From: an uncultured virus (IMG/VR IMGVR_UViG_3300033121_002345)
Lineage: Duplodnaviria; Heunggongvirae; Uroviricota; Caudoviricetes
IMG/VR virus record: IMGVR_UViG_3300033121_002345
Direction: 5' to 3' (one strand)
Length of the DNA stretch: 64,000 nucleotides
Shown: piece by piece, positions 33,156 through 42,430 of the stretch
Layout of the letters: each line of letters begins with the position of its first letter
How positions within the stretch are numbered: position 1 is the stretch's first letter
Position numbers and translations under genes: made by a program
The notes under the pieces: model-generated
Told to the model about the DNA's origin: nothing
Seen by the model: the letters and a program-made list of their open reading frames with translations, nothing else
Database searches by the model: none

Positions 33156-35399
33156 TCAGGTGAAGGCTCCGTTGTCCCAAACGCCAACGTCGAACACGAA
33201 GGCCGCAACACCAGCGCCAGGACCGTCTGTCACATACGTCGTGATCAGACCCTTGCATTGTCCAGATACGATTACCTGCCACTTGATCAGCGGAGATGTC
33301 GCAGTAGAGAGGTCGATGGTGTAGTTAGGGAGAACGAAAGCGCCAAGGTCGATCCAGTCCGTCCAAGCTCCACTACCGTCAAAGTATCGGGCAAAGAGCT
33401 GGAAGTCTCTATCGGGCTCGATGGGTGTGAATCGAATTGCGATGGGGGCACTGTCGTGCGGACGCACTGCCATCGGACGGCCGACATACGTGTCAAAACG
33501 ATCAAGGCCGTCGAAGACCTTCCGCATCTTGGTAGATGAGGGGTCCAGCGAGGGAGAAGTCGAATCGTCCGTCCACTGCGTAGCTACGAACTTCGGGCCA
33601 TCGAAATCGTCGACCCAGAAGTTGAAGAGGAAGCCTGGTCGATAGACGAGCGTGCCCTCTGCTAGAGCCATCGCGCCTGCAGCGTGCTTCGTAACACGAG
33701 GCAGGTGCATTGTTGTGTTGATCGGGCGGATGTCCTCCAGAGAGCACACCTGAAGACCATCCCATGTCACTTCAACAACGGGAAGAATGTCGGCCAATTC
33801 AGGAGTGCCCTCGGGGGTCACGTCGCCGAAAATAGCGATGGCTGCGTCAGGGCCGCTGTCAACGTTGTTCGTAACGATGTAATTCGTGATCGAAGCGAAC
33901 TCGTTGTTCGTGAAGCGGAACTGCTGATCCTCTTCGCGGCACGTTCCGACGATGTTCTCCACCCAGGTGTTGTCGAAGGTCACAGTCTCCGTGACGATTG
34001 CACCAGAAGTGTCCTTACCGGTGATCTGAATCTGGACGTTCAGGGTCGGGCCAAGAATCGCACCCTGAAGGCCTACCTTCAACCTAGCCAAGCCACGCAG
34101 AGCCTGGTCGAAGGTCTGCAGCGTTGTGCCAATGTCCGTGAGGCGAGTGTAGCACTCACACGTCTGTGGGTAGCGCTGGAAGAAGCCCTCGCTGTCGAGG
34201 TAGATGATGAATCGCTGTGGGATGGGGCTCGCGTCAGAGAACGTGAACTCCAAATTCACGATGGAGTCCAGAACGAAGCCACTGGAGATCAGCGTCTCGC
34301 GGTCCGCTGGCTGCTTGAAGATGAGGCTCGTCAGCGGAATCCCGGTCGGGGGTTCAGCCGCGTCGGTCGACATGTAGAAGATGGTCAGATCGTCACCCGC
34401 AACGTATTCGTCATTGGGGAGCAAGAAGATCACGTTCTTGCGTGGGATCTGAACCGGAGCGAAATCCTTGACACCTGACTTGTCAGTGCAGCGAAGCACC
34501 TGAGTAGGGAACTTCGTGGTCTCGAAGAAGAAAGCGTCTCGAATTCCTGTGACGCTTCCGGTGGTGTCGATCTGGATAGCACCGGCCAGGATCTTCTCTT
34601 CGCAGATCTTGCCAGGGACCTTGGCCATGTCGCGGTCCTTCGACACAATCATTCCGTGGTCAAGATGGAGCTGGAAGAGCGTCTGACCGGCCGAAGCCGA
34701 GACGTCATTCAGAGAAACACCATGCGGGTTCTGAGAACTAACAACGCCAGACCCAACAAAGCTACGGTGTTCAATGTCCACCGGGGAGAACCACTGACGG
34801 TTCGTGGAGAGCTGGCCCTGAGTCAGGTCGACGACCAACTCAGTCGTGGTCCCACCTCCGCCAGAGGCCACCACTTCCTGCACCGTGATGTGTGCCAGAG
34901 GAATCGTGAGGGACTTCTCTTCGAAAGAGAGCGCCTCATAGTCGTTACGCGTCAGAACCCGAACGTAGTCAGCGTCAGACGCGAGGTAGTCGACGTAGGT
35001 GTTTGCCAGCGTCTCGTAGCGCGTGAGGCGCGGAGCCAGTTCCAGCTCGCTGAAGCGCAAGTAGACCACACTCTTGGTGCCGATGCCGCCTGGAACCGCG
35101 ATACGTGAAGCGCCATCCTCAAGAATGACGACTTCGCCGCTCTGAAACACCGCCGTACCAGGAGAGACGTCGATGGTTGCGGGGTCGATGGCGTTCACCG
35201 AGACCACCAGAGGTCTCGAAGTATCTGACGGAAGAGCGGTCCTAGGATCCCGGCTGTCTACGATTCCGTAGCGATTCAGCGTGGGATCGACCTCTCCGAA
35301 CATCAAGCGAGTGCGCCGCAGGATCTCGTCGATGACGACATCTCGCTCGAATTCGAGCAGATCAAGCGTGATTGGCGCTGCAAGTAAGATTCTGCGCAT
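33156..35399 (-). CDS. putative baseplate/structural protein
   Basis: 747 aa, acidic and beta-rich, 'IDVSPGTAVFQSGE' N-terminal pattern; in the structural operon. Confidence 0.55.
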   Translation of the reverse strand: MRRILLAAPITLDLLEFERDVVIDEILRRTRLMFGEVDPTLNRYGIVDSRDPRTALPSDTSRPLVVSVNAIDPATIDVSPGTAVFQSGEVVILEDGASRIAVPGGIGTKSVVYLRFSELELAPRLTRYETLANTYVDYLASDADYVRVLTRNDYEALSFEEKSLTIPLAHITVQEVVASGGGGTTTELVVDLTQGQLSTNRQWFSPVDIEHRSFVGSGVVSSQNPHGVSLNDVSASAGQTLFQLHLDHGMIVSKDRDMAKVPGKICEEKILAGAIQIDTTGSVTGIRDAFFFETTKFPTQVLRCTDKSGVKDFAPVQIPRKNVIFLLPNDEYVAGDDLTIFYMSTDAAEPPTGIPLTSLIFKQPADRETLISSGFVLDSIVNLEFTFSDASPIPQRFIIYLDSEGFFQRYPQTCECYTRLTDIGTTLQTFDQALRGLARLKVGLQGAILGPTLNVQIQITGKDTSGAIVTETVTFDNTWVENIVGTCREEDQQFRFTNNEFASITNYIVTNNVDSGPDAAIAIFGDVTPEGTPELADILPVVEVTWDGLQVCSLEDIRPINTTMHLPRVTKHAAGAMALAEGTLVYRPGFLFNFWVDDFDGPKFVATQWTDDSTSPSLDPSSTKMRKVFDGLDRFDTYVGRPMAVRPHDSAPIAIRFTPIEPDRDFQLFARYFDGSGAWTDWIDLGAFVLPNYTIDLSTATSPLIKWQVIVSGQCKGLITTYVTDGPGAGVAAFVFDVGVWDNGAFT

Positions 35400-35411
35400 T
35401 GGTTGCCTTGC

Positions 35412-37247
35412 TTAGAGAGCCAACAGACCGCCGTTGAACCTAGAGTACAAGTCGGTCTGGACCTCCAGGTAAGTAAGCCGCAGCCAGTAAGGCTTTGCGA
35501 ACGCAGAGCTAGAAGCCCACACGTTTCGGCCCGTGACCTTGGCGATTGTAGCGTGAGAAACGAAAGCCGTCGTCTGAAGGCCCCTGATTTCCCAGCCTTC
35601 CATGTCGATGCGGCTTCCAGGGTTAAAAGTCCCTGGGACTACTTCGGAGTCAAACATCACGTGGATGCGAGTGATGTCCTCGCTCCCTTCGGGGAAGTCG
35701 ATGTTCACAGATGTCGTCACACCCCCAGGCAGAAAGACTCCACCACGCGGTGGGGGAGGTGGAGGAGACGCTCCAGGGGGACGAGTGGTGAAGGGAGCCA
35801 GAACCGAGTTGGGTTCAAGCTGAACCGTCATGTAGGTGTCATTCTGGGGACGAACCTGAACTCTCCAGCCCTGGAACCCAGGAACGTGAGCAATTTCAGG
35901 GATGCAGTTGAAGTGCAGATGGAATTTTCCGTCGTCGTTTGTGAAAGCAACGAAGGTCTTGTTTGCTCTGGAGAAGTTCAGCCGCCCGAGATCCAGGTCC
36001 CAAAAAAGGAAAGAGTCTGAGGGTACTGCAACGTTGTAGATGAGGTAGTTCTTGCCAGCATCCTTCTGACGAAGGATCCGGGCTCCTGCTGCGGTGAAGC
36101 ACGACACCACGTCGACTTCTTCTACGTCCATGTCCTCGAAGAAAGGACCAGAGACTCGGTCGAAGAGGAAGGGTCCAACGTTGTTTGAGGTGAGCGGAAT
36201 GTCAGGAAGAGGACGACGCTCCGATTCGTAGGCAGGGTAACCGCGGAGATAGACCTGGTCTGTACGACCGTCCTCTAGCGTATCGGGAATTCCTACGTCA
36301 ATCGTCACCTGGTAGGTGGTGCGGCCATCAGGAAGAGAACCAACAGGAAGCGCTTCCGCAACGTCGTATTCGAAGAACTTGTAGTTGATGACGTCGCCAG
36401 GGTAGATCGGGTAGAGGGAATGAACGACGAAGGTCGTGATGGTCGCAATCTGCGACCAGGTGAGCGGATCACCAACGATAGGCGGAATCGCCAGAGGGTT
36501 CGAGATGGTATCGGATCCTGCCGTTGCAGTGCAGATCCAGGAGGTGCCGGCGAATGTCGTACCGCCAGTCACGAACACCTGCGCACGAGACGCAGAAGTT
36601 CCACCAGAGAAGTCGGCGGGGCGAGTCCAGGAAAAAACCGAGACGACCCAGAGGCCGTTCTGAGTAGGATCGGTTTGATTCGTGAGAAGGACGCGGTCTC
36701 CGGTGATCGTCGTAACGCCGTCGATGACCAATTCGCCAGCCAGAATCTGGTTGGTGTCCGCGGCGGCAACTGCAGACCCACGAGGGTCCAAGGAGCGCAC
36801 GAAGTCGTCAGGAACGTGAGTTGGTGAGGCCGGGGGTGTGTATGTGCCATTCAGCTCCAGCGGGTGTCCATAGAGATCAACCGTGGTGCCGGCCGGGTAT
36901 CCTGTGACGAGGTTCTCTGTGAGAAGAAGGGTCTTGCCGCTGTTCAGGATATCGTCGACGTAAGCGAAAGCGCGACCATCGATGAGCAACTTCGTCCCGA
37001 TCGTAAACCAGGGCACGAAGTCAACGACGTTGATCTGGTCCTTCGTGGGCGAAACTGAATTCGCCAGAGTGGTCTGATTGTCTGGGAGCCAAATCGGAAG
37101 AGGTGAACCGACCTTACGAGCAAAGCGCAGACGTCCCGAGAGGAACGTGTCCAACGGGTGTGCGATTCCTCGAAGCTTGAGGAAGGCGCTGTTGTAACTC
37201 GGCAGCTTGCCGTTTACTAGCTCGAAAAGCTTCCTGACTCTTCCCAT
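35412..37247 (-). CDS. putative virion structural protein
   Basis: 611 aa; contains the 'IDGV....GDRVLLTNQTD..QNG.WV...WTR..DF' module common in phage fibre/decoration proteins. Confidence 0.65.
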   Translation of the reverse strand: MGRVRKLFELVNGKLPSYNSAFLKLRGIAHPLDTFLSGRLRFARKVGSPLPIWLPDNQTTLANSVSPTKDQINVVDFVPWFTIGTKLLIDGRAFAYVDDILNSGKTLLLTENLVTGYPAGTTVDLYGHPLELNGTYTPPASPTHVPDDFVRSLDPRGSAVAAADTNQILAGELVIDGVTTITGDRVLLTNQTDPTQNGLWVVSVFSWTRPADFSGGTSASRAQVFVTGGTTFAGTSWICTATAGSDTISNPLAIPPIVGDPLTWSQIATITTFVVHSLYPIYPGDVINYKFFEYDVAEALPVGSLPDGRTTYQVTIDVGIPDTLEDGRTDQVYLRGYPAYESERRPLPDIPLTSNNVGPFLFDRVSGPFFEDMDVEEVDVVSCFTAAGARILRQKDAGKNYLIYNVAVPSDSFLFWDLDLGRLNFSRANKTFVAFTNDDGKFHLHFNCIPEIAHVPGFQGWRVQVRPQNDTYMTVQLEPNSVLAPFTTRPPGASPPPPPPRGGVFLPGGVTTSVNIDFPEGSEDITRIHVMFDSEVVPGTFNPGSRIDMEGWEIRGLQTTAFVSHATIAKVTGRNVWASSSAFAKPYWLRLTYLEVQTDLYSRFNGGLLAL

Positions 37248-37256
37248 CAGAGACTT

Positions 37257-38036
37257 TCAGCAGCACTCTGCATCAAAAGGCAGAGCGATAGATCGAAGAG
37301 CTTGTGCGTGGCTCGACAAGCGCGAGGGGACCAGAAGCCCCGAGGGGCGACGAACATAGGAAGCGCCACGAATTTCTTCTTCCTCTTCAGGCTCTTCAGC
37401 TTCCTCTTCTGCGGGTGCCAGATCTTCCTCTGGCGTTGGCTCTTCTTCAGGAGCCACCTCCGGAACCTGCGGAATCTCCTCAACCTCCGGTTCTTCGACG
37501 GCTTTCTCCTCCGGGGCTTCTCCGTCCCAAGACGCGATTGCTACAGGGAGTACCGCGTAGAGATGCTTGCAGAGCGTACCAATTCCACGCGGGTTTGTGA
37601 AGCGTGCCGGCTGGCCATTGCTGTAGATGATGTCCGAACTGCCGTAGCGGGACAGTGCCCACTCGCAGACATAGCGGAAGTAGTTGCAGGAGCAGGACAC
37701 CCACACAGGGCTCTGAGGATCCGGACGGCCCGGAGCCTGTGTCTTGGACCGGAGACCCGGCTGGGGCTGGCCAGGCCAGCAGACGATGGCCTTCTTGGCC
37801 TTGCCGCGTCTCATCTGCTTGTTGGCGTACTGAACGTTGCACTGAACTCGAAAGAATTGTCTGTAGACGGGCCCTAGGGCGGAGAGCTTCCTGTAGGAAG
37901 AAGGGGCCTCCCAGTCTGCGCCTTCGCCGAGCTGATGCACGTCCGTGCATCCCTCACTGTACCCGATGATGTTGGGTGCAGTGTTGGCGAACAGGACACG
38001 CGGCGACAAAGGCCTGAGATTCCCACGGGCTGGCAT
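37257..38036 (-). CDS. SWIM-type zinc-finger protein with acidic tail
   Basis: 'VSCSCNYF' ... 'LCKHL' (CxC...CxH); Glu-rich C-terminal region. Confidence 0.7.
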   Translation of the reverse strand: MPARGNLRPLSPRVLFANTAPNIIGYSEGCTDVHQLGEGADWEAPSSYRKLSALGPVYRQFFRVQCNVQYANKQMRRGKAKKAIVCWPGQPQPGLRSKTQAPGRPDPQSPVWVSCSCNYFRYVCEWALSRYGSSDIIYSNGQPARFTNPRGIGTLCKHLYAVLPVAIASWDGEAPEEKAVEEPEVEEIPQVPEVAPEEEPTPEEDLAPAEEEAEEPEEEEEIRGASYVRRPSGLLVPSRLSSHAQALRSIALPFDAECC

Positions 38037-38065
38037 CTCGCGTCAAATAACCCCGGCAAGGGAAG

Positions 38066-38389
38066 CTACTTCGAGTCCTCGTCTTCGTTTTCCTGGTCCT
38101 CGTCTTCGAGACGAGAGACGACGGTGTCTATCAAACCCACTGTCGTGACTCCGGCGAAGGCGTAGCCGAGGAAACCTCGCACGAATGCTGCCCAGTCCCC
38201 CGTGAACGGAACGAGAAGTAGGTAGGTGAGCCACCCTGCGTGAAATCCCACGCAGTAAGGGCAAGACAACAGTTGGTACATGAAAAGCGAGCGATCTGCC
38301 AACCACTGACGAGGTCTGGAGAAGAGCTTGGCTTCCTTGATACCAAAGGCGATGCCGTACATGACGGCGATGGTCAGGAACACCTCCAT
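38066..38389 (-). CDS. small membrane protein (DUF1360-like)
   Basis: three hydrophobic segments and the 'LLSCPYCVGFHAG' motif. Confidence 0.6.
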   Translation of the reverse strand: MEVFLTIAVMYGIAFGIKEAKLFSRPRQWLADRSLFMYQLLSCPYCVGFHAGWLTYLLLVPFTGDWAAFVRGFLGYAFAGVTTVGLIDTVVSRLEDEDQENEDEDSK

Positions 38390-38679
38390 CAGCGTTCCTC
38401 GGGACCGATGAAGACTCCGTGCTCAACGTCCAAGGTCCAACTACCCTGTGCCGTAGCGATCCCATACTGCTGGACGAGCTGTTGGCTAAATGCCTGTAGC
38501 TCCTGGGTTTTTGCCTGAACCTGGGCCCTGAGCCCTCGCAATTCTGCCTCGGAACGCAGTTTCATCTCCTCAAGAGAGATGGCCTGCTGACCGTATTGCG
38601 CCCGCAGCTCGTTGAGCTGCTTGACAATTCCAGCAAGCTTGCCGGAGTCTTCCTCGTTCAGCTTCTTTTCTACTGCCAT
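38389..38679 (-). CDS. small coiled-coil protein (possible fibre chaperone)
   Basis: 96-aa heptad-rich helix directly downstream of a fibre gene. Confidence 0.55.
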   Translation of the reverse strand: MAVEKKLNEEDSGKLAGIVKQLNELRAQYGQQAISLEEMKLRSEAELRGLRAQVQAKTQELQAFSQQLVQQYGIATAQGSWTLDVEHGVFIGPEER

Positions 38680-38699
38680 GATTCCGAGCTTTTACGGAA

Positions 38700-40823
38700 T
38701 CAGGAAGTGGTTCGATAGCTAAATTCGACGGCTACGATGTAAGGACCGGCCGCAACTGTGTCCACGAATCGCATGTAGGCCTTGGCGCTTACTCCGTCAA
38801 CATTTCCCCAAATGGGGCCACGGAGGGTGATGTCTTGCTGGCATGTGTAGGAGCCAGAAAGGAATCCAATGGTGCTCGATCCACAGGTGACTGGGAGAGT
38901 AATTTCGATTTCATCCGGTGCTGAAGCACCAGCGGTCGCGATCTCCACAAGACCCGAGACCTGGATGATGGAGCCAATTCTCATCCACCGGAAGGAATCA
39001 ACATAGCTGATGGTGATTGCGCCATCGCTCGGGGTGAATGTCGGATTGTAGATGTTCGAAGCAAGTGTAAGGCTAGGGAGCTGGACCCAGATGGCTGCCG
39101 CAGTAGAAGCATCTACACAAAACCAGATCGACTGGGTGCCTGTATCGATCCATGTCGAGCCCTGAGCATACCCGATTGTATTGTCCTCCGCTGCCGTAGG
39201 AGTTCCAACCGTAATGGCACGCCTGACGGCTGCGTGTCCCCCAACACCATCCGTACCGAACAGAGTCGAAGGCCAGCCCGTGTTGAACACGCTCGACATC
39301 ACAGCGCCTGCGGCAGCTACATTGACAGCATCTGTCACGTCTGCGCCGGTCTCGATCGTGTCGAGCTTCGTGCCGTCCACGCTCACATTGCGACCATCAA
39401 CAGTTCCGCCAACGGTGATGTCGTTGGTAATGCTTGCTGAGGCCCCGCTAAGGGCACCGGTCGCAGTGACGTTGTTACCCTGTACGGTTCCAGAGGCAGT
39501 GAGGCCTGCAACACCAGTAATGTTGCCACTGTCATCTAGGGTGACAGAAGACCCTTCGATCGTTTGCCCTCCGCCGCCACTAGACCGGGTGATACGGTTG
39601 TCGTTGGTCCCCACATTTCCACCGATGAGGGGACCAATGTCGCCGAACTCGTCGCCAGTAGGGGCTCCAACCGTATCTGCGTAACGAGCCAAGCGCCAAG
39701 AGACCCAATCGATGATCAGGCCACGGTCACCATCGCCGTTGGCCTTCTCAACTTGGATGAACGGCACATAGGTGCTCGGGTTCAGGGCCACGGCTGCAGT
39801 GTCGAGGAGGATGAAAGGGCCGTTGTCGATCGCGTAGTGAACCGAGTAGCTCGTAGCGGTCGCGGTGAACCGAAGAGAGTAACTGGTGTCCCCCAATCCA
39901 AGAGGAGGCAGAACAACAGGGATGAACGTAGGAACTCCAGCAATAACGCGACCGATATTGTAGGATCGCGTACTAGTTCCGTCGTCCCACGCAGCAAACA
40001 GAACTAGACCGTTTGTAAGGTCGGGGTCGCTAGCAATTCCGACTAGCCACTGAAATTCGTCGTCGGAGTACACCCCGGAAGCAGTTGGGAAAACTCTGTG
40101 AGTTACAACAACAGGTACTGTAGTATCCAGAACAAGGCCGCTACCGAATCGTAGAGCTTTGATCTTAGAGCCTGCCGTGGTGCTTACGCTGAGCGCGAGG
40201 GCGCCTGTTCCGGGAAATCCGTAGGCGGCTGCGTTGGAGCCCCAAGAGATGTTTGCGTTGTTGTCTGTTCCGAGAGACCAAGAGACTGCAGGGTTCTCCG
40301 TGAAATCATCGAAGCCTTCGGAAATCACCGTGGGGTCCGAGATTGCGGCGAGCTGAGTCCAGGAAGTAGCACCTGCTCCTGTCTTGATCCAAGCAGAACC
40401 GTCAGTCTGCAGCATCAAGGAGCCGGTGGCGGGATTGTTGGCTCCGTTGGTACCTGAGCCGGTGGCCGGGCTCAAGCCAGACCCGATCACGAGTTGAACG
40501 GAGCCGTCCGAACCAAAGCCAGGGGCGTTGGAAGGGTCCAGGCTGATAGCATTTGCCCAGGAGCGGTCTGTGCCATTGGTCCACGGCCTAGTTACAGAGG
40601 TGGTCCCGTTTCCATTGACGGTCAGAACCGTGACCACACCCGTGCGGATGTCCAACACCAAATCGGTGCCAGTGACAGCAGCAACCGGAGACACCACCAG
40701 CGGGCCGCCAACACCGCCCTGAGGGCCGATTGTGTTGACCAGCAAGCGATCCGTTGCAGGATCCGCCTGCCGGTGCTGCGGCACCGAGGGGAAATTGACT
40801 CCGATGAACTTCAGGTCTGCCAT
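38700..40823 (-). CDS. tail fibre / receptor-binding protein
   Basis: 707 aa, G/T/S-rich; fibre motifs 'DGTKLDTIETGADVTD' and 'PT..D...GY..GS.WIDT'; central lectin-like beta region. Confidence 0.7.
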   Translation of the reverse strand: MADLKFIGVNFPSVPQHRQADPATDRLLVNTIGPQGGVGGPLVVSPVAAVTGTDLVLDIRTGVVTVLTVNGNGTTSVTRPWTNGTDRSWANAISLDPSNAPGFGSDGSVQLVIGSGLSPATGSGTNGANNPATGSLMLQTDGSAWIKTGAGATSWTQLAAISDPTVISEGFDDFTENPAVSWSLGTDNNANISWGSNAAAYGFPGTGALALSVSTTAGSKIKALRFGSGLVLDTTVPVVVTHRVFPTASGVYSDDEFQWLVGIASDPDLTNGLVLFAAWDDGTSTRSYNIGRVIAGVPTFIPVVLPPLGLGDTSYSLRFTATATSYSVHYAIDNGPFILLDTAAVALNPSTYVPFIQVEKANGDGDRGLIIDWVSWRLARYADTVGAPTGDEFGDIGPLIGGNVGTNDNRITRSSGGGGQTIEGSSVTLDDSGNITGVAGLTASGTVQGNNVTATGALSGASASITNDITVGGTVDGRNVSVDGTKLDTIETGADVTDAVNVAAAGAVMSSVFNTGWPSTLFGTDGVGGHAAVRRAITVGTPTAAEDNTIGYAQGSTWIDTGTQSIWFCVDASTAAAIWVQLPSLTLASNIYNPTFTPSDGAITISYVDSFRWMRIGSIIQVSGLVEIATAGASAPDEIEITLPVTCGSSTIGFLSGSYTCQQDITLRGPIWGNVDGVSAKAYMRFVDTVAAGPYIVAVEFSYRTTS

Positions 40824-40905
40824 TTCTTCACGGCCTCACGCGTTCGACAACGCCCAGGAAACCAAGGGAGGCGATGAAAGAATATACCTGGCAGACTGAC
40901 CAAAT

Positions 40906-41331
40906 CTAGTTGTTGGCGAGGCCTACAACCAGAGCGCTGGCAGCCACACCAAGGATCAGACCAAGACCGAGCATGAAGATGTTGCCATTCTCGTCCCACC
41001 AGCTTCTACGGCCCAGTTCTTCGATTCGGGTTCGCTGGTCTGCTTCGAACTGGTCTCGAAGAGAAGAAGACAATTCCAACTCACGAGTGCGCGCCGCCAG
41101 CTCAACCGTTAGACGATCGACGGCCGCAGCGTCCTCGATGCACTGAGTTGCTGAGTTCTCGTCGATCAGCAGCCCATCGAACGGGGCCAGTGACCCTTCG
41201 AGAAGAGGAACTGACAAACGGAATTCAGACGAGGACTCGGCCGAGTCTGCGCGGGAGGTATCCTGTGCAGCCGCGCTAGCTGGAGCAAGGACCAAGAGAA
41301 GCGAGAGCAAGACGGAGAGAAGCTTAGTCAT
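40906..41331 (-). CDS. spanin-like protein (signal peptide, coiled coil, C-terminal TM)
   Basis: ATG 41331; MTKLLSVLLSLLLVLAPASAAA signal, 'G.LAPFDGLL', helical region, C-terminal TM; no lipobox Cys. Confidence 0.45.
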   Translation of the reverse strand: MTKLLSVLLSLLLVLAPASAAAQDTSRADSAESSSEFRLSVPLLEGSLAPFDGLLIDENSATQCIEDAAAVDRLTVELAARTRELELSSSLRDQFEADQRTRIEELGRRSWWDENGNIFMLGLGLILGVAASALVVGLANN

Positions 41332-41714
41332 CGGGGATTCCACCAATCAGGCTTTCCTACGCTCACATCTTTAGGATGCGGGCCTTGACGTCGCTCTTTC
41401 TGCGGAAGGGCTCCCATAGGAAAGCCAGAGAAGCCTTCTACGTCCTCGTCTTCTTCCTCGTCGTGGTCTTCGTCGTCCTCGTCATCAGAGTCTGGAACGT
41501 CTGCGTCCCCGTCTCCATCGCCGTCAACAACTTCAGTCGGAGGCTCATCCGAGCGCTCGTCCTGCAGACCTTCGTCCAATAGCTCGTCGGTATCAGTGCG
41601 GTCTGATCGAGCGATGTGCTCTCCTAGCAAAGAGAGGCGCTTGAAAAGCATAGGATGGCCCCGGTCCAAGACCAGAGCCGCCACCCTAAGCAGCTTATCG
41701 CCAGGAGAGGTCAA
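41328..41714 (-). CDS. acidic low-complexity protein
   Basis: 128 aa; N-terminal 'LLRVAALVLDRGH' helix and a long D/E tract. Confidence 0.65.
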   Translation of the reverse strand: MTSPGDKLLRVAALVLDRGHPMLFKRLSLLGEHIARSDRTDTDELLDEGLQDERSDEPPTEVVDGDGDGDADVPDSDDEDDEDHDEEEDEDVEGFSGFPMGALPQKERRQGPHPKDVSVGKPDWWNPR

Positions 41715-42163
41715 GAATTCTTGCCTTCCTCAACGATGTCTTCTTCCTTCAATTCAGTCTCGACCGGAGGCGGAGTCATGCTCTGAGTGCCACCCGGGAG
41801 AACCTGGTCGAGATCGATGCCCTTCTTCTTGAGGAAGCCACGAGCAATGGCCCACGCAAAGAGCGAGGCTGCGCCTGCCCCCGCAAAGTAGCCAACGGAG
41901 GCAGCCAAGCCCCAGGCGGGGTCGGCGCCTTCAGGGTTGTGCCACATAAGCCCGATGAGGGCTCCTGACGAGATCGAGTGAAGGGGCAACGTCTCACGGC
42001 CCCACCACCAGAAGGGCTGAGACTTCTGCTTCTTGTAAGCGCGTTCACGTGTGAAGACGCTCTTGCTCATTACCTGGCCGATGATCGCGAAGATCACAGT
42101 GGTCACCACGAAAGGCCAGTGAGGAAGAATCTGCTGTGTTACGATTGAGAGGATTTCATCCAT
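41711..42163 (-). CDS. holin-like membrane protein
   Basis: about three TM segments and a charged C-terminus; near the spanin-like gene. Confidence 0.45.
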   Translation of the reverse strand: MDEILSIVTQQILPHWPFVVTTVIFAIIGQVMSKSVFTRERAYKKQKSQPFWWWGRETLPLHSISSGALIGLMWHNPEGADPAWGLAASVGYFAGAGAASLFAWAIARGFLKKKGIDLDQVLPGGTQSMTPPPVETELKEEDIVEEGKNS

Positions 42164-42165
42164 GG

Positions 42166-42426
42166 TCACACCGTCCAAGAGGCTGTTACCGTCCATCGGT
42201 ATTCGCGTTGTGCATTAGACAGCGTAGAGACCGAAACCAAGTTGCAGAGTAAGGTGGCAGAGGATGGAGCGCCGACTTCGGCTCGAATCCTCGACGCAAG
42301 CTGCGTCAGAAGGTAGTTACACGGGTTCGTGAGCGTGTCAAACGTCCGCAGGACCACAGAAATGGTCTGCGTTGTTGCTGTAGAAGTGACCGTGGCGGTC
42401 AGTTCGCTTCCGCGAGGACCCGCCAT
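42166..42426 (-). CDS. hypothetical protein
   Basis: 86 aa with GGAG RBS, fills the operon gap exactly. Confidence 0.55.
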   Translation of the reverse strand: MAGPRGSELTATVTSTATTQTISVVLRTFDTLTNPCNYLLTQLASRIRAEVGAPSSATLLCNLVSVSTLSNAQREYRWTVTASWTV

Positions 42427-42430
42427 GGAA

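Noticed and set aside
37370..37510. Repetitive CTT/CTC-rich DNA here and at ~41440-41530
   Set aside because: It simply encodes Glu/Asp-rich low-complexity protein tracts and is not a separate DNA repeat element.
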